A stretch of 38,809 nt of DNA, taken from assembly GCF_036566945.1 (NCBI RefSeq), contig NZ_DATCVJ010000399.1, positions 1-38,809 on the forward strand, written 5' to 3'. Below the pieces are notes generated by a model, which did no database searches, was not told the DNA's origin, and saw nothing but the letters and a program-made list of their open reading frames with translations. Below, piece by piece: positions 18,791 to 29,146 of this stretch. This DNA comes from Chitinophaga sp. GTDB lineage: Bacteria > Bacteroidota > Bacteroidia > Chitinophagales > Chitinophagaceae. Each line of letters opens with the position of its first letter. Position 1 is the first letter of the stretch. The position numbers and the translations under genes are program-made.

Positions 18791-18822
18791 CAGGATATTG
18801 GAAGCATGACAGTCCATGACAG
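18791..18822 (+). promoter_or_regulatory. 10-bp-phased CATGACAG direct repeat, putative GntR operator upstream of rhaT
   Basis: CATGACAG at 18805 and 18815; related CAGGATAT at 18791. Confidence 0.55.
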
Positions 18823-18889
18823 TTTAAAAATATACATGCTTTATTTTTATGAAACATTAGTTTTCCACGTTACAAATTACGATGTCATT

Positions 18890-19945
18890 ATGCAGGCTTT
18901 ACTGGGCGTTTTGTTCCACTTTATCGGAGGGTTTGCCTCTGGCAGTTTTTATATCCCTTACAAAAAAGTGAAGGGGTGGAGCTGGGAGAGTTACTGGATT
19001 GTAGGAGGCGTGTTCTCCTGGCTGGTGGTGCCTCTGGCAGCCGCCTGGCTCACCGTTCCCGGTTTCATGGATATTATCGGCAGCACTGCCGGCCCCGTAC
19101 TTTTCTGGACATATTTCCTCGGCGTATTATGGGGGATAGGCGGGTTAACCTTTGGCTTATCTATGCGCTACCTGGGCATGTCGCTGGGAATGGCGGTGGC
19201 CCTGGGCTTCTGTTCCGCATTTGGTGCACTCATACCACCTGCTTACCGCGGCCTGTTTACCGACGATCCTAATACCCTGGGCGCCATGTTACATACCAGT
19301 AAGGGCATGTTTGTACTGCTGGGCGTAGCAGTATGCCTCATCGGCATTGCTATTTGCGGCAGGGCAGGGATGCTCAAGGAAAAGGAACTCTCGCAGGAAC
19401 AGAAAACGGAAAGCATCCAGGAATTCAATCTCCGTAAAGGATTGGTCGTGGCCATTGTTTCCGGTATCCTCAGCGCCTGCATGAGCTTCGCTATCACTGC
19501 GGGCAACAGCATGGGCAAAGCCGCAGTAGCCAACAACGCTAACCCGCTGTTCAAAAACAATGTTATTTTTGTTATTATCATGTTAGGCGGACTCACCACC
19601 AATTTCATCTGGTGTATGATCCTCAATAAAAGGAATCAATCTTTCAACGATTATACGAACAAAGAAACCCCGCTGGTAAAGAATTATGTTTTCGCCGCCA
19701 TCGCCGGCACCACCTGGTTTCTGCAATTCTTTTTCTACGGCATGGGAGAAAGTAAGCTGGGCAACGATGCCAGCTCCTGGATCCTGCATATGGCTTTTAT
19801 TATCCTGATTTCCGGCATGTGGGGCTTTGTGTTAAAGGAATGGAAAAATGCCAGTAAAAAAACATTCGCTACTATTTCCCTCGGAATATTCACTATTATA
19901 TTGTCAGTGATCCTGGTGGGATATGGTAATTCATTAGACAATTAA
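18890..19945 (+). CDS. rhaT: L-rhamnose/proton symporter
   Basis: GVLFHFIGGFASGSFYIPYKKVKGWSWE, LSMRYLGMSLG, WFLQFFFYGMG, SSWILHMA. Start MQALLG at 18890. Confidence 0.95.
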   Translation: MQALLGVLFHFIGGFASGSFYIPYKKVKGWSWESYWIVGGVFSWLVVPLAAAWLTVPGFMDIIGSTAGPVLFWTYFLGVLWGIGGLTFGLSMRYLGMSLGMAVALGFCSAFGALIPPAYRGLFTDDPNTLGAMLHTSKGMFVLLGVAVCLIGIAICGRAGMLKEKELSQEQKTESIQEFNLRKGLVVAIVSGILSACMSFAITAGNSMGKAAVANNANPLFKNNVIFVIIMLGGLTTNFIWCMILNKRNQSFNDYTNKETPLVKNYVFAAIAGTTWFLQFFFYGMGESKLGNDASSWILHMAFIILISGMWGFVLKEWKNASKKTFATISLGIFTIILSVILVGYGNSLDN

Positions 19946-19987
19946 CCCGCAGCATTATCGCAATTAAAAACGTTAAAATTATATAGT

Positions 19988-22114
19988 ATGTCTTTAGATG
20001 GAACTACCACGCAATTCAGGCATGTCAGTTATTTATGGGATGAAGCCACAGCAGCCGGTATGGCTGGTGACGAAGTAGCCTTGCTGATCTATCGTTCCAA
20101 CTTGCTGGGAGCCGATCTGCGGCTGACCAACTACGGAGGCGGAAATACCTCCTGCAAAGCCATGGCTAAAGATCCGTTAACAGGTGAGCCCGTAGAAGTC
20201 ATGTGGGTAAAGGGTTCCGGCGGAGACCTGGGCACACTGAAAAAAAGTGGACTGGCTGCTTTATATGTAGATCGTCTTCGCAGCCTGCAACACATTTACA
20301 GAGGGATGGCACATGAAGATGAAATGGTAGAACTGTTTAACCATTGTATTTATGATCTCAGTTCCAAAGCACCTTCTATTGATACCCCCCTGCATGGATT
20401 TCTTCCTTTTAAACATATCGATCACCTGCATCCGGATGCCGCCATTGCCATCGCCGCGGCGAAAGACGGTAAAAAGATTACGCAGGAATTATTCAATGGC
20501 ACTATTGGCTGGGTCCCCTGGCAAAAGCCAGGATTCGATTTGGGCCTGCAACTGAAACAATGTCTCGATGAAAATCCCGGTATCCGTGGTATCATGCTGG
20601 GATCACATGGCCTCTTTACCTGGGGCGATACTGCCTACGAAAGCTATATCAATACCCTCGAGGTGATAGAACGCTGCGCGGAATACCTGCAGGCAAACAC
20701 CGGCCGTCAGAAACCAGTATTTGGAGGCGCTAAAATCGACGCATTGTCGCCGGAAGCGCGGAAGGCCCAGGCGGCTGCATTGGCCCCGATTTTACGGGGT
20801 TATTGCTCTTCCAGGCAGAAAATGGTGGGCCACTTCACCGACGACGCCCGTGTACTGGAATTTATTAACTCCCAGGATCTCGACCGGCTGGCCCCACTCG
20901 GCACCAGCTGCCCGGATCACTTTTTACGCACCAAAATCAGCCCGCTGGTACTGAACCTCGCCCCGGACGCAAGTCTGGCCGATCTTGCCGCTATCAAAAC
21001 CGGCCTGTCACCCTTGTTTGAAGCCTACCGGGAAATGTACGCAGCCTACTACAACACCTGCAAACATCCCAACAGCCCGGCCATGCGCGATCCTAACCCC
21101 GTAGTGATCCTGTATCCCGGCGTAGGCATGTTCACCTTCGCAAAAGATAAACAAACCGCCAGAGTGGCCGCCGAATTCTATATCAACGCCATTAACGTAA
21201 TGCGCGGCGCAGAAGCCATTTCTGAATATACCTCCCTGCCAAGACAGGAAGCCTTCAATATTGAATACTGGCTGCTGGAAGAAGCAAAACTACAACGCAT
21301 GCCCAAACCGAAAGCACTCAGCGGCAGAATTGCCCTGGTCACCGGCAGCGCCGGCGGTATCGGTAAAGCCATCGCTAAAAAGTTTGCAGAAGAAGGCGCC
21401 GTGGTAGTGATCAATGATAACGATGCAGAACGACTGGCTTCCGCCACCGCAGAATTTAATAAATTATTTGGGAAAGATGTGTTCGCAGCAGACCTGCTCG
21501 ATGTAACAGATGCGGCGTCGATCCGTCAGACCTATAACACGGCCGTACTGGCTTTTGGTGGAGTTGACATTATTGTCAATTGCGCTGGACTCTCTATTTC
21601 CAAACCATTGGAAGAGCATACGGAAAAAGACTGGGACCTGTTGTATGATGTACTCGTAAAAGGACAGTTCCTCGTTACGCAAACCGGTGTGGAAATTATG
21701 CGCAAACAGGATACCGGCGGCGACGTGCTGAACATCGTGAGTAAAAATGCGTTGGTGTCCGGGCCTAATAATGCCGCCTATGGCTCTGCTAAAGCAGCAC
21801 AACTGCACCTCAGCAGACTCAATGCCGCCGAACTGGGAAAAGATCGTATACGCGTGAACGTAGTCAACCCTGATGCCGTTATTTCCGATAGCAAAATATG
21901 GGCAGGCGCCTGGGCAGAAGGCCGCGCCAAAGCATACGGTGTAAAGGTGGAAGAACTACCGGCATTCTACGCTAAACGTACCCTGCTCAATGAAATCATC
22001 GTCCCCGAAGATATTGCCAATGCATGTTATGCTTTTGTAAGTGGACTGTTGAATAAAGCCACCGGTAATGTGCTGAACGTAGACGGTGGCGTAGCCATGG
22101 CTTTTGTAAGATAA
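19988..22114 (+). CDS. rhaD: Bifunctional rhamnulose-1-phosphate aldolase / short-chain (lactaldehyde) dehydrogenase (RhaEW type)
   Basis: Class II aldolase domain (GGGNTS, PSIDTPLH, HLHP, HG) fused to an SDR domain (TGSAGGIG, YGSAK). EYWLLEEAKL linker. Confidence 0.93.
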   Translation: MSLDGTTTQFRHVSYLWDEATAAGMAGDEVALLIYRSNLLGADLRLTNYGGGNTSCKAMAKDPLTGEPVEVMWVKGSGGDLGTLKKSGLAALYVDRLRSLQHIYRGMAHEDEMVELFNHCIYDLSSKAPSIDTPLHGFLPFKHIDHLHPDAAIAIAAAKDGKKITQELFNGTIGWVPWQKPGFDLGLQLKQCLDENPGIRGIMLGSHGLFTWGDTAYESYINTLEVIERCAEYLQANTGRQKPVFGGAKIDALSPEARKAQAAALAPILRGYCSSRQKMVGHFTDDARVLEFINSQDLDRLAPLGTSCPDHFLRTKISPLVLNLAPDASLADLAAIKTGLSPLFEAYREMYAAYYNTCKHPNSPAMRDPNPVVILYPGVGMFTFAKDKQTARVAAEFYINAINVMRGAEAISEYTSLPRQEAFNIEYWLLEEAKLQRMPKPKALSGRIALVTGSAGGIGKAIAKKFAEEGAVVVINDNDAERLASATAEFNKLFGKDVFAADLLDVTDAASIRQTYNTAVLAFGGVDIIVNCAGLSISKPLEEHTEKDWDLLYDVLVKGQFLVTQTGVEIMRKQDTGGDVLNIVSKNALVSGPNNAAYGSAKAAQLHLSRLNAAELGKDRIRVNVVNPDAVISDSKIWAGAWAEGRAKAYGVKVEELPAFYAKRTLLNEIIVPEDIANACYAFVSGLLNKATGNVLNVDGGVAMAFVR

Positions 22115-22148
22115 AAACAGTATTTTATCTGCTGTTAAAAAGAGAACG

Positions 22149-23423
22149 ATGCAAATAGAAAAATATAAAATAGACGAACATAATCATTCATTGCTGGCAG
22201 CCCACCAGCGCGCATTTGACTATCTCTCCGGAGAAATTGACAATGTGCCGGACCTCGTTCAGCAGTTAAGCGCTTTCCAGGTGGGTATTCCCAGCTGGGC
22301 ACTCGGTACAGGTGGTACCCGCTTTGGCCGTTTCCCCGGTGGGGGCGAACCCCGCAACCTGGAAGAGAAAATTGGCGACGTTGGATTGCTGCACCAGCTC
22401 AATCAATCCAGCGGCTCCATCTCCCTGCATATTCCCTGGGATGTGCCGGACAACCCGGCGCATATCAAAGCAGTGGCGGCGCAGCATGGACTTCGCTTCG
22501 ATGCCATGAACTCCAACACCTTCCAGGACCAGCCGGGACAAACGCATAGCTATAAATTTGGTTCGCTGCAGCATGTCAATAAAGACGTTCGTAAACAAGC
22601 CATTGAGCATAATATTGAAGTGATTCAATATGGTGTGGCACTGGGCTCCGATGCGCTGTCTGTGTGGCTGTCCGATGGCTCCTGTTTTCCCGGCCAGCTG
22701 AACTTCCGCCACGCTTTCCAAAATACACTCGAAGGACTGCAGGAAATTTATGCCGCCTTACCAGACGACTGGAAAGTGTTTGTAGAATACAAAGCGGCGG
22801 AACCTAATTTTTATTCCACCACGGTAGGCGACTGGGGACAGTCGCTGCTCTATGCCAATAAGCTGGGACCTAAAGCCTATTCCCTCGTGGATCTGGGCCA
22901 CCACCTGCCCAACGCCAACATCGAACAAATCGTTTCCCTGCTGCTGATGGAAGGTAAATTAGGCGGCTTCCATTTTAATGATTCCAAGTTTGGTGATGAT
23001 GACCTGACCGTAGGTAGCATCAAGCCTTATCAGCTGTTCCTTATCTTTAATGAACTGGTGGAAGGCATGGATGCGAGAGGCATGAACCACAACACCGACC
23101 TGGCCTGGATGATAGACGCTTCGCACAATGTAAAAGATCCGCTGGAAGACCTCCTGCAATCTGTAGAAGCCATCATGATCAGCTATGCGCAGGCGTTGCT
23201 GGTAGATCGAAAGAAATTATATGCAGCACAACAAAATAATGATGTGGTAACTGCACAGGAAATATTACAACAAGCATTCCGCACAGACGTTCGTGCATTG
23301 GTGGCTGCCGCCAGAATGCAGACAGGTGGCGCGTTGAATCCACTGGCCTTGTATCGCTCAGCCAAAGTAAGGGATCAGCTGATCCGTGAAAGAGGAGTGA
23401 GAACCATGGCGACAGGACTGTAA
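22149..23423 (+). CDS. rhaI: L-rhamnose isomerase (RhaI type)
   Basis: PSWALGTGGTRFGRF, SLHIPWD, NSNTFQD, EYK..EP, DLGHH, HFNDSK.GDDDL. Confidence 0.88.
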   Translation: MQIEKYKIDEHNHSLLAAHQRAFDYLSGEIDNVPDLVQQLSAFQVGIPSWALGTGGTRFGRFPGGGEPRNLEEKIGDVGLLHQLNQSSGSISLHIPWDVPDNPAHIKAVAAQHGLRFDAMNSNTFQDQPGQTHSYKFGSLQHVNKDVRKQAIEHNIEVIQYGVALGSDALSVWLSDGSCFPGQLNFRHAFQNTLEGLQEIYAALPDDWKVFVEYKAAEPNFYSTTVGDWGQSLLYANKLGPKAYSLVDLGHHLPNANIEQIVSLLLMEGKLGGFHFNDSKFGDDDLTVGSIKPYQLFLIFNELVEGMDARGMNHNTDLAWMIDASHNVKDPLEDLLQSVEAIMISYAQALLVDRKKLYAAQQNNDVVTAQEILQQAFRTDVRALVAAARMQTGGALNPLALYRSAKVRDQLIRERGVRTMATGL

Positions 23424-23437
23424 TCTTAAAAATATTT

Positions 23438-24835
23438 ATGAGCGAAATTCCCGTTATAGCCATCTTCGATGTTGGTAAAACCAACAAAAAGCTGTTTCTC
23501 TTTGATGAACAGTATCGGATCATCTTTGAGCGGACAGCTCGTTTTACGGAAACGGTGGACGAAGATGGAGCGCCCTGCGAAAACCTGGAAAGCCTTCGCC
23601 TCTCTGTATTTGATTCATTGAGAGAAGTATTCCGGCGGAAAGACCTGGTGATCAAAGCCATTAACTTTTCTACCTATGGCGCCAGTTTGGTGTACATAGA
23701 TGAGGAAGGGCGCCCATTGACTCCGCTATATAATTACCTGAAAGAATATCCTGCTGCATTGCAGGAGCAGTTTTACAATAGCTATGGCGGAGAAAAAGCC
23801 TTCTCTGTACAAACAGCTTCTCCGGTACTGGGAAGTCTTAATTCCGGAATGCAGTTGTACCGGCTGAAGTATACGCAGCCAGACATTTTTCCGCGCGTGA
23901 AATACGCACTGCATTTACCGCAGTACATGAGCTACCTGCTTTCCGGCGTGGCCTGTTCGGATATTACCAGCATCGGATGTCACACTAATTTCTGGGACTT
24001 TAAACAAAATAATTATCATGCGTGGGTGAAAAAAGAAGGGCTGCTGGAAAAGCTGGCGCCACTGTTATCTTCCGGAGAAGTAATGCCCGCTGCATTCCCT
24101 GGTAATAATTATGCCATCGGTACGGGCCTGCACGATAGCTCGGCTGCATTGATTCCTTACCTGGTGAACTTTCATGAACCGTTTATATTAATTTCTACCG
24201 GCACCTGGTGTATCAGCTTCAATCCATTTAACGATACACCACTTACCGATGAAGAACTGGCAGCAGACTGCCTGTGCTACATGACATTCCAGGGCAAGCC
24301 GGTAAAGGCTTCCCGTTTGTTTGCCGGTTATGAACATGAGCAGCAGGTAAAACGCATTGCAGCCCATTTTAATCAGCATACCGGTCATTATCGCAATATT
24401 GATTTTGATAGCAACATTATTCGCACCTTAAAAGAGCGGAACAAACAGGATCATGCTCTGTTGTCGCCAGATCCAAAGCTGCTACAGGCTTCTGTCTTCG
24501 GACAACGCGACCTGCATAGCTTTGCTGATGATACCGAAGCGTATCATCAGCTGATGCTCGATATTGCCCAGCAACAATACATCGCCACTAAAAGGGTCCT
24601 CAATGGCTCTGCAGTAAAACGTATATTCGTTGACGGTGGGTTCAGCAAAAATGCCATCTACATGCATTTACTGGCAGCGCTGTTTCCGGAGATAGAAATC
24701 TTTGCTGCATCTATGGCGCAGGCTACTGCCATGGGAGCAGCACTGGCCATCCATTCATCGTGGAATAACAAGCCTTTGCCTAACGATCTGATAGCATTGA
24801 AATATTATTCGGTGACACATGATGTAACTTTATAA
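23438..24835 (+). CDS. rhaB: FGGY-family carbohydrate kinase (probable rhamnulokinase)
   Basis: FDVGKTNKK, GLHDS, STGTW, DGGF motifs; position in the rha operon. Confidence 0.8.
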   Translation: MSEIPVIAIFDVGKTNKKLFLFDEQYRIIFERTARFTETVDEDGAPCENLESLRLSVFDSLREVFRRKDLVIKAINFSTYGASLVYIDEEGRPLTPLYNYLKEYPAALQEQFYNSYGGEKAFSVQTASPVLGSLNSGMQLYRLKYTQPDIFPRVKYALHLPQYMSYLLSGVACSDITSIGCHTNFWDFKQNNYHAWVKKEGLLEKLAPLLSSGEVMPAAFPGNNYAIGTGLHDSSAALIPYLVNFHEPFILISTGTWCISFNPFNDTPLTDEELAADCLCYMTFQGKPVKASRLFAGYEHEQQVKRIAAHFNQHTGHYRNIDFDSNIIRTLKERNKQDHALLSPDPKLLQASVFGQRDLHSFADDTEAYHQLMLDIAQQQYIATKRVLNGSAVKRIFVDGGFSKNAIYMHLLAALFPEIEIFAASMAQATAMGAALAIHSSWNNKPLPNDLIALKYYSVTHDVTL

Positions 24836-24870
24836 AGATTTTCTTACTATTATGGTGAATAATTAATACT

Positions 24871-25806
24871 ATGCGCGCCCTCTTTATTTCCCTCCTCAGC
24901 TTCGTTGCCATCGTTGCCCATGCACAAAATGTAATGCCTTTATATAGCGGTCTTCCGCCGGGCGGTATTGCTTCCCCTGATGAGGAAATAACAGATAAGG
25001 ATAATAATCGCGCGCTCACCAGCGTACCTACACTCACCGCTTTTCTGCCCCCTAAAGAAAAGGCAACCGGCACGGCGGTGTTGATTTGCCCCGGTGGAGG
25101 CTATGCCTGGGTAGTATTGCAAAAAGAAGGGTTGAATATCGCTGAATACTTCGTGAAACAAGGCATTGCCGCTTTCGTACTCAAATACCGTTTACCTTCC
25201 GATAAGATCATGACCGATAAAAGCAGTGGCCCGCTGCAGGATGCACAAGAGGCACTGAAAATGATCCGGTCACGTGCCAAAGAATGGAATATCGACAACA
25301 AGAGAGTAGGCATCATGGGCTTTTCCGCCGGTGGCCACCTGGCGTCTACGGTAGGAACACATTTTGACCGCCCCGTATTGGCCGCCAATGCAGGGGTAAA
25401 CCTGCGCCCGGATTTTATGATCCTCGTATACCCGGTGATCAGCATGGAAAAAAATCTCTCTCACGCCGGTTCCCGTACCCGCTTGCTGGGCGAACATCCC
25501 GATGAACTAGCCGTGAAATATTATTCCAACGACCGGCAGGTGACGCCGCAAACACCGCCCACACTATTGTTTCATACCGGCGACGATAAGACCGTAGATG
25601 TAGACAACACCCTGTTGTTTTACCAGGCATTGCGCCATCAGCACGTACCGGCAGAAATGCATATTTATCCCGAAGGAGATCACGGGTTTGTACTGAAACT
25701 ACCGATAGACGTATGGATGCAAACCGTGATGAAATGGCTGGGCCGCAGCGATATGCTCAACCCGGATAATCCCTTACTACAGGGAGGTACAGGACAGTTA
25801 TACTAA
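24871..25806 (+). CDS. Secreted alpha/beta hydrolase (BD-FAE-like carbohydrate acetylesterase)
   Basis: Signal peptide (AHA/Q), PGGGY oxyanion loop, GFSAGG nucleophile, D (DDKTV) and H (GDHGF). Confidence 0.88.
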   Translation: MRALFISLLSFVAIVAHAQNVMPLYSGLPPGGIASPDEEITDKDNNRALTSVPTLTAFLPPKEKATGTAVLICPGGGYAWVVLQKEGLNIAEYFVKQGIAAFVLKYRLPSDKIMTDKSSGPLQDAQEALKMIRSRAKEWNIDNKRVGIMGFSAGGHLASTVGTHFDRPVLAANAGVNLRPDFMILVYPVISMEKNLSHAGSRTRLLGEHPDELAVKYYSNDRQVTPQTPPTLLFHTGDDKTVDVDNTLLFYQALRHQHVPAEMHIYPEGDHGFVLKLPIDVWMQTVMKWLGRSDMLNPDNPLLQGGTGQLY

Positions 25807-25863
25807 TACAGTTTTCTATTTTGGGTGAGTTATGCTATTCACTGTGCCGACAGGGACAGGAAT
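25780..25863 (+). promoter_or_regulatory. Third CAGGACAG-type site cluster, upstream of GH106
   Basis: CAGGGAGG at 25780 and CAGGACAG at 25790 (10-bp phase). GGACAGGAAT at 25854-25863 is identical to the minus-strand end of the susC array. Confidence 0.4.
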
Positions 25864-25897
25864 ACTATGTATAACGGAGAACGCTAAACGAAATTTA

Positions 25898-28800
25898 ATG
25901 AATCATTTTATAAAGAGAAAAACAGCTGCGGTAGTTTTACTCTTATCCGCGTCAGCGGCTGTCAGCGCGCAGCAAGCCACTTTACGGCAAGGTTTCGTAA
26001 CACCACCGGACAGTGTAAAACCAAGTGTATACTGGTATTGGATGAGTGATAATATATCGCAGGAAGGGGTGAAGAAAGATCTGGCAGCCATGGCGAAAGT
26101 AGGCATAGGCCGTGCTTTCATTGGCAATATCGGTTATCCGAAAGAAGAAGTACCCTACGGCAAAGTAAAATTGTTTTCAGACGAATGGTGGAAGGTGACC
26201 CGCGCAGCGATCAGCACCGCCTCCAAAAATGGAATTGATATAGGCTTGTTCAACAGCCCCGGCTGGAGCCAGAGCGGCGGCCCCTGGATCAAGCCATCCC
26301 AATCTATGCGCTACCTTACTGCCGGTGATGAAATAACCGTGCAGGGGCCAAAGCAGCTTTCACAGCCAGCTCCCAACATCCCGGATTTTCAAACTGTAGC
26401 CGTGATGGCTTTCCCCGTACCGGCAGACGATGGAGATGATATTGGTAAACATGCGCCTGTGCTGACTTCCAACGCCATTTTCGAACATATAGCGCAACTG
26501 GTAGACGGTAATATCACAGCCGAAGTAGCTGTCACAACACCCGTGAACCGACCTACTCCTGTGAACATAGATATGGAGGTGACCTCAGATTTCACCGCCA
26601 GAAGCCTGATTATTTATCCCGCTGCACGCCCCTTCAGAGCACAGTTCGAGTTGCAGGTAAAAGAAAATAATACCTGGCGTAGTGTAAAAATATTTGAACT
26701 GGATCGTAGTAATCCTGCGCTCAATGTAGGTTTTAAACCTTATGCCCCGGTAGCAGTGTCGTTTAAAGCCACTACTGGTAAGCAGTTCCGGCTGCTGATC
26801 AGTGAGGGACATCCGGCACTGGCGGAAATAAAATTGTCTGCCGCCCCACGTATAGAGCGTTTTGAGGAAAAGCAGCTGGCTAAAATGTTCCAGACGCCAT
26901 TGCCTTTATGGAACGAATACCAATGGCCACAACAGCCGGAGGCCGATGGCGGAGGGATGATTATTGATCCCACTAAAGTCATTCATCTCACTAAAAATTT
27001 ACTGCCCAACGGCACCCTGAGCTGGACCGTGCCTGCGGGCAACTGGATAGTAGTGCGCTATGGCATGCTACCCACGGGCGTTACCAACAGTCCTGCCTCT
27101 AAAGAAGGCACAGGGCTGGAAATAGATAAGATCAGCGATACCTGGTCACAACATCACTACGATTCCTTTGTGGGCAAAATCCGCAACAGCATACCCGCTG
27201 CAGAACGTACTGCCCTGAAATGGGTAGTAGCAGATAGTTACGAAACCGGTTCTCAAAACTGGACCGACGATATGGCCGCAGACTTTGTGCAAACATATGG
27301 CTATGACCCTTTGCCATGGCTGCCTGTATTATCCGGCAGGGTAGTGGGCACCGCGGACCAGTCGGACCGTTTCCTCTGGGACCTGCGCCGCCTCGTAGCA
27401 GATCGCGTTGCCTATAAATATGTGGCTGGCCTGCGTAAAGCCAGTCATAAAGACGGCCTGAAATTATGGCTGGAAAACTACGGCCACTGGGGCTTTCCAT
27501 CAGAGTTCCTTAAGTACGGCGGACAGTCGGATGAAATTGGCGGTGAATTCTGGAATGAAGGTACTTTGGGAGATATTGAATGCCGCGCCGCTTCTTCCGC
27601 TGCGCACATCTACGGCAAAACAAAAGTGGCGGCGGAATCTTTCACCGCTGGCGGACAAACATTTGTGCGCTATCCGGCCCTGCTGAAACGCCGCGGCGAC
27701 TGGTCGTTCACCGAAGGGATCAATCATACACTCCTGCATGTTTTTATTACACAACCTTATGAAGACCTGAACCCCGGTGTGAACGCGGGTTTTGGCACAG
27801 AGTTTAACCGTAAGAACACCTGGTTTTACCAGGGCAAAGCTTTTGTAGATTATATCAGGAGATGTAACTACCTCCTGCAACAAGGCAAACCCGTAAATGA
27901 TGTCGCCTATTTCATCGGAGAAGATGCACCTAAGATGACCGGTATCAGGAATCCCGAATTGCCCAAAGGCTACTCCTATGATTACATCAATGCAGAAGTA
28001 ATCATGACCCGCCTGCAGGTAAGAGCCGGCAAACTGGTGCTGCCGTCCGGCATGAATTATCGCTTGCTGGTGCTACCTCAGCTGGAAACCATGCGGCCGG
28101 AGCTGCTGGAAAAAATAGCACAGCTGGTAAAACAAGGCGCTACCATTTTAGGGCCGGCACCACAACGCTCGCCCAGCTTACAACACTATCCCGCAGCAGA
28201 TGTACGGGTGCAGCAGTTGGCCACGGAGCTGTGGGGCAACGATCATGCACAACAACATCCTTATGGTAAAGGGCAGGTACTCAGCGGTATGAATATGGAA
28301 CAGGCCTTGAACACGTTGTCGTTAACCGCCGATGTGGCCAATCTGCCGGCATCCGCGCTCTATGCGCATCGCACCACACCGGAAGGAGAAATATATTTTA
28401 TTACCAACCAGGCAGCTACTACTACCACGTTGTCGCCGGCTTTCCGCGTAAGCGGCAAACAACCGGAATGGTGGAACGCCGTTACCGGTGAAATCCGTGA
28501 TCTGCCAGTCTTTACGATGCAGAATGAAAATACCGTAGTGCCGTTAACGTTAGCGCCTTATGAAAGTGGCTTTGTCTTGTTCCGTAAAAAAGCAACGACC
28601 ACTAACATCAGTAAAGCTAACTTCCCGGAATCAACCATATTGCAGGAATTGAAAGCCCCGTGGCAGGTGCGTTTTGATACCGCCCAACGAGGCCCTGCCC
28701 AGCCGGTAGTATTCGATCAGCTGACCGACTGGAGCAGTCATCCGAATGAACAAATCCGCAACTATTCCGGTACAGCGGTATACGAAACTACTTTTAAGGC

Positions 28801-29122
28801 AGATGTAATACCCACGGGATCCAGGCTATACCTGGATTTGGGCAATGTGAGTGTGATGGCTACGGTGAAACTGAATGGCGTAGCATTGGGTACCGTATGG
28901 ACCGCACCTTATCGCGTCAATGTAAAAGATGCACTGAAAAAGGGAACGAACAAACTGGAAATAGCCGTGGTCAACACCTGGGTAAACCGACTGATAGGAG
29001 ATAGTAAACTGCCGGCGGCGTCGCGTAAAACATGGAGTAACGTGAACCCCTATACGCCGGAATCCGGGTATCAGTCGGCAGGGTTACTAGGCCCTGTTAG
29101 ATTGACTGCTGTAAAGTATTAA
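25898..29122 (+). CDS. GH106 alpha-L-rhamnosidase
   Basis: P.VYWYWM..NIS.EGV.KDL.AM, SPGWSQSGGPW, GLEIDK, DSYE, GEFW, SAAHIYG, AAESFT, GLLGPV. Start MNHF at 25898 (signal VSA/Q). Confidence 0.9.
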   Translation: MNHFIKRKTAAVVLLLSASAAVSAQQATLRQGFVTPPDSVKPSVYWYWMSDNISQEGVKKDLAAMAKVGIGRAFIGNIGYPKEEVPYGKVKLFSDEWWKVTRAAISTASKNGIDIGLFNSPGWSQSGGPWIKPSQSMRYLTAGDEITVQGPKQLSQPAPNIPDFQTVAVMAFPVPADDGDDIGKHAPVLTSNAIFEHIAQLVDGNITAEVAVTTPVNRPTPVNIDMEVTSDFTARSLIIYPAARPFRAQFELQVKENNTWRSVKIFELDRSNPALNVGFKPYAPVAVSFKATTGKQFRLLISEGHPALAEIKLSAAPRIERFEEKQLAKMFQTPLPLWNEYQWPQQPEADGGGMIIDPTKVIHLTKNLLPNGTLSWTVPAGNWIVVRYGMLPTGVTNSPASKEGTGLEIDKISDTWSQHHYDSFVGKIRNSIPAAERTALKWVVADSYETGSQNWTDDMAADFVQTYGYDPLPWLPVLSGRVVGTADQSDRFLWDLRRLVADRVAYKYVAGLRKASHKDGLKLWLENYGHWGFPSEFLKYGGQSDEIGGEFWNEGTLGDIECRAASSAAHIYGKTKVAAESFTAGGQTFVRYPALLKRRGDWSFTEGINHTLLHVFITQPYEDLNPGVNAGFGTEFNRKNTWFYQGKAFVDYIRRCNYLLQQGKPVNDVAYFIGEDAPKMTGIRNPELPKGYSYDYINAEVIMTRLQVRAGKLVLPSGMNYRLLVLPQLETMRPELLEKIAQLVKQGATILGPAPQRSPSLQHYPAADVRVQQLATELWGNDHAQQHPYGKGQVLSGMNMEQALNTLSLTADVANLPASALYAHRTTPEGEIYFITNQAATTTTLSPAFRVSGKQPEWWNAVTGEIRDLPVFTMQNENTVVPLTLAPYESGFVLFRKKATTTNISKANFPESTILQELKAPWQVRFDTAQRGPAQPVVFDQLTDWSSHPNEQIRNYSGTAVYETTFKADVIPTGSRLYLDLGNVSVMATVKLNGVALGTVWTAPYRVNVKDALKKGTNKLEIAVVNTWVNRLIGDSKLPAASRKTWSNVNPYTPESGYQSAGLLGPVRLTAVKY

Positions 29123-29146
29123 TTTCACCAACATGAATTGTACCAC

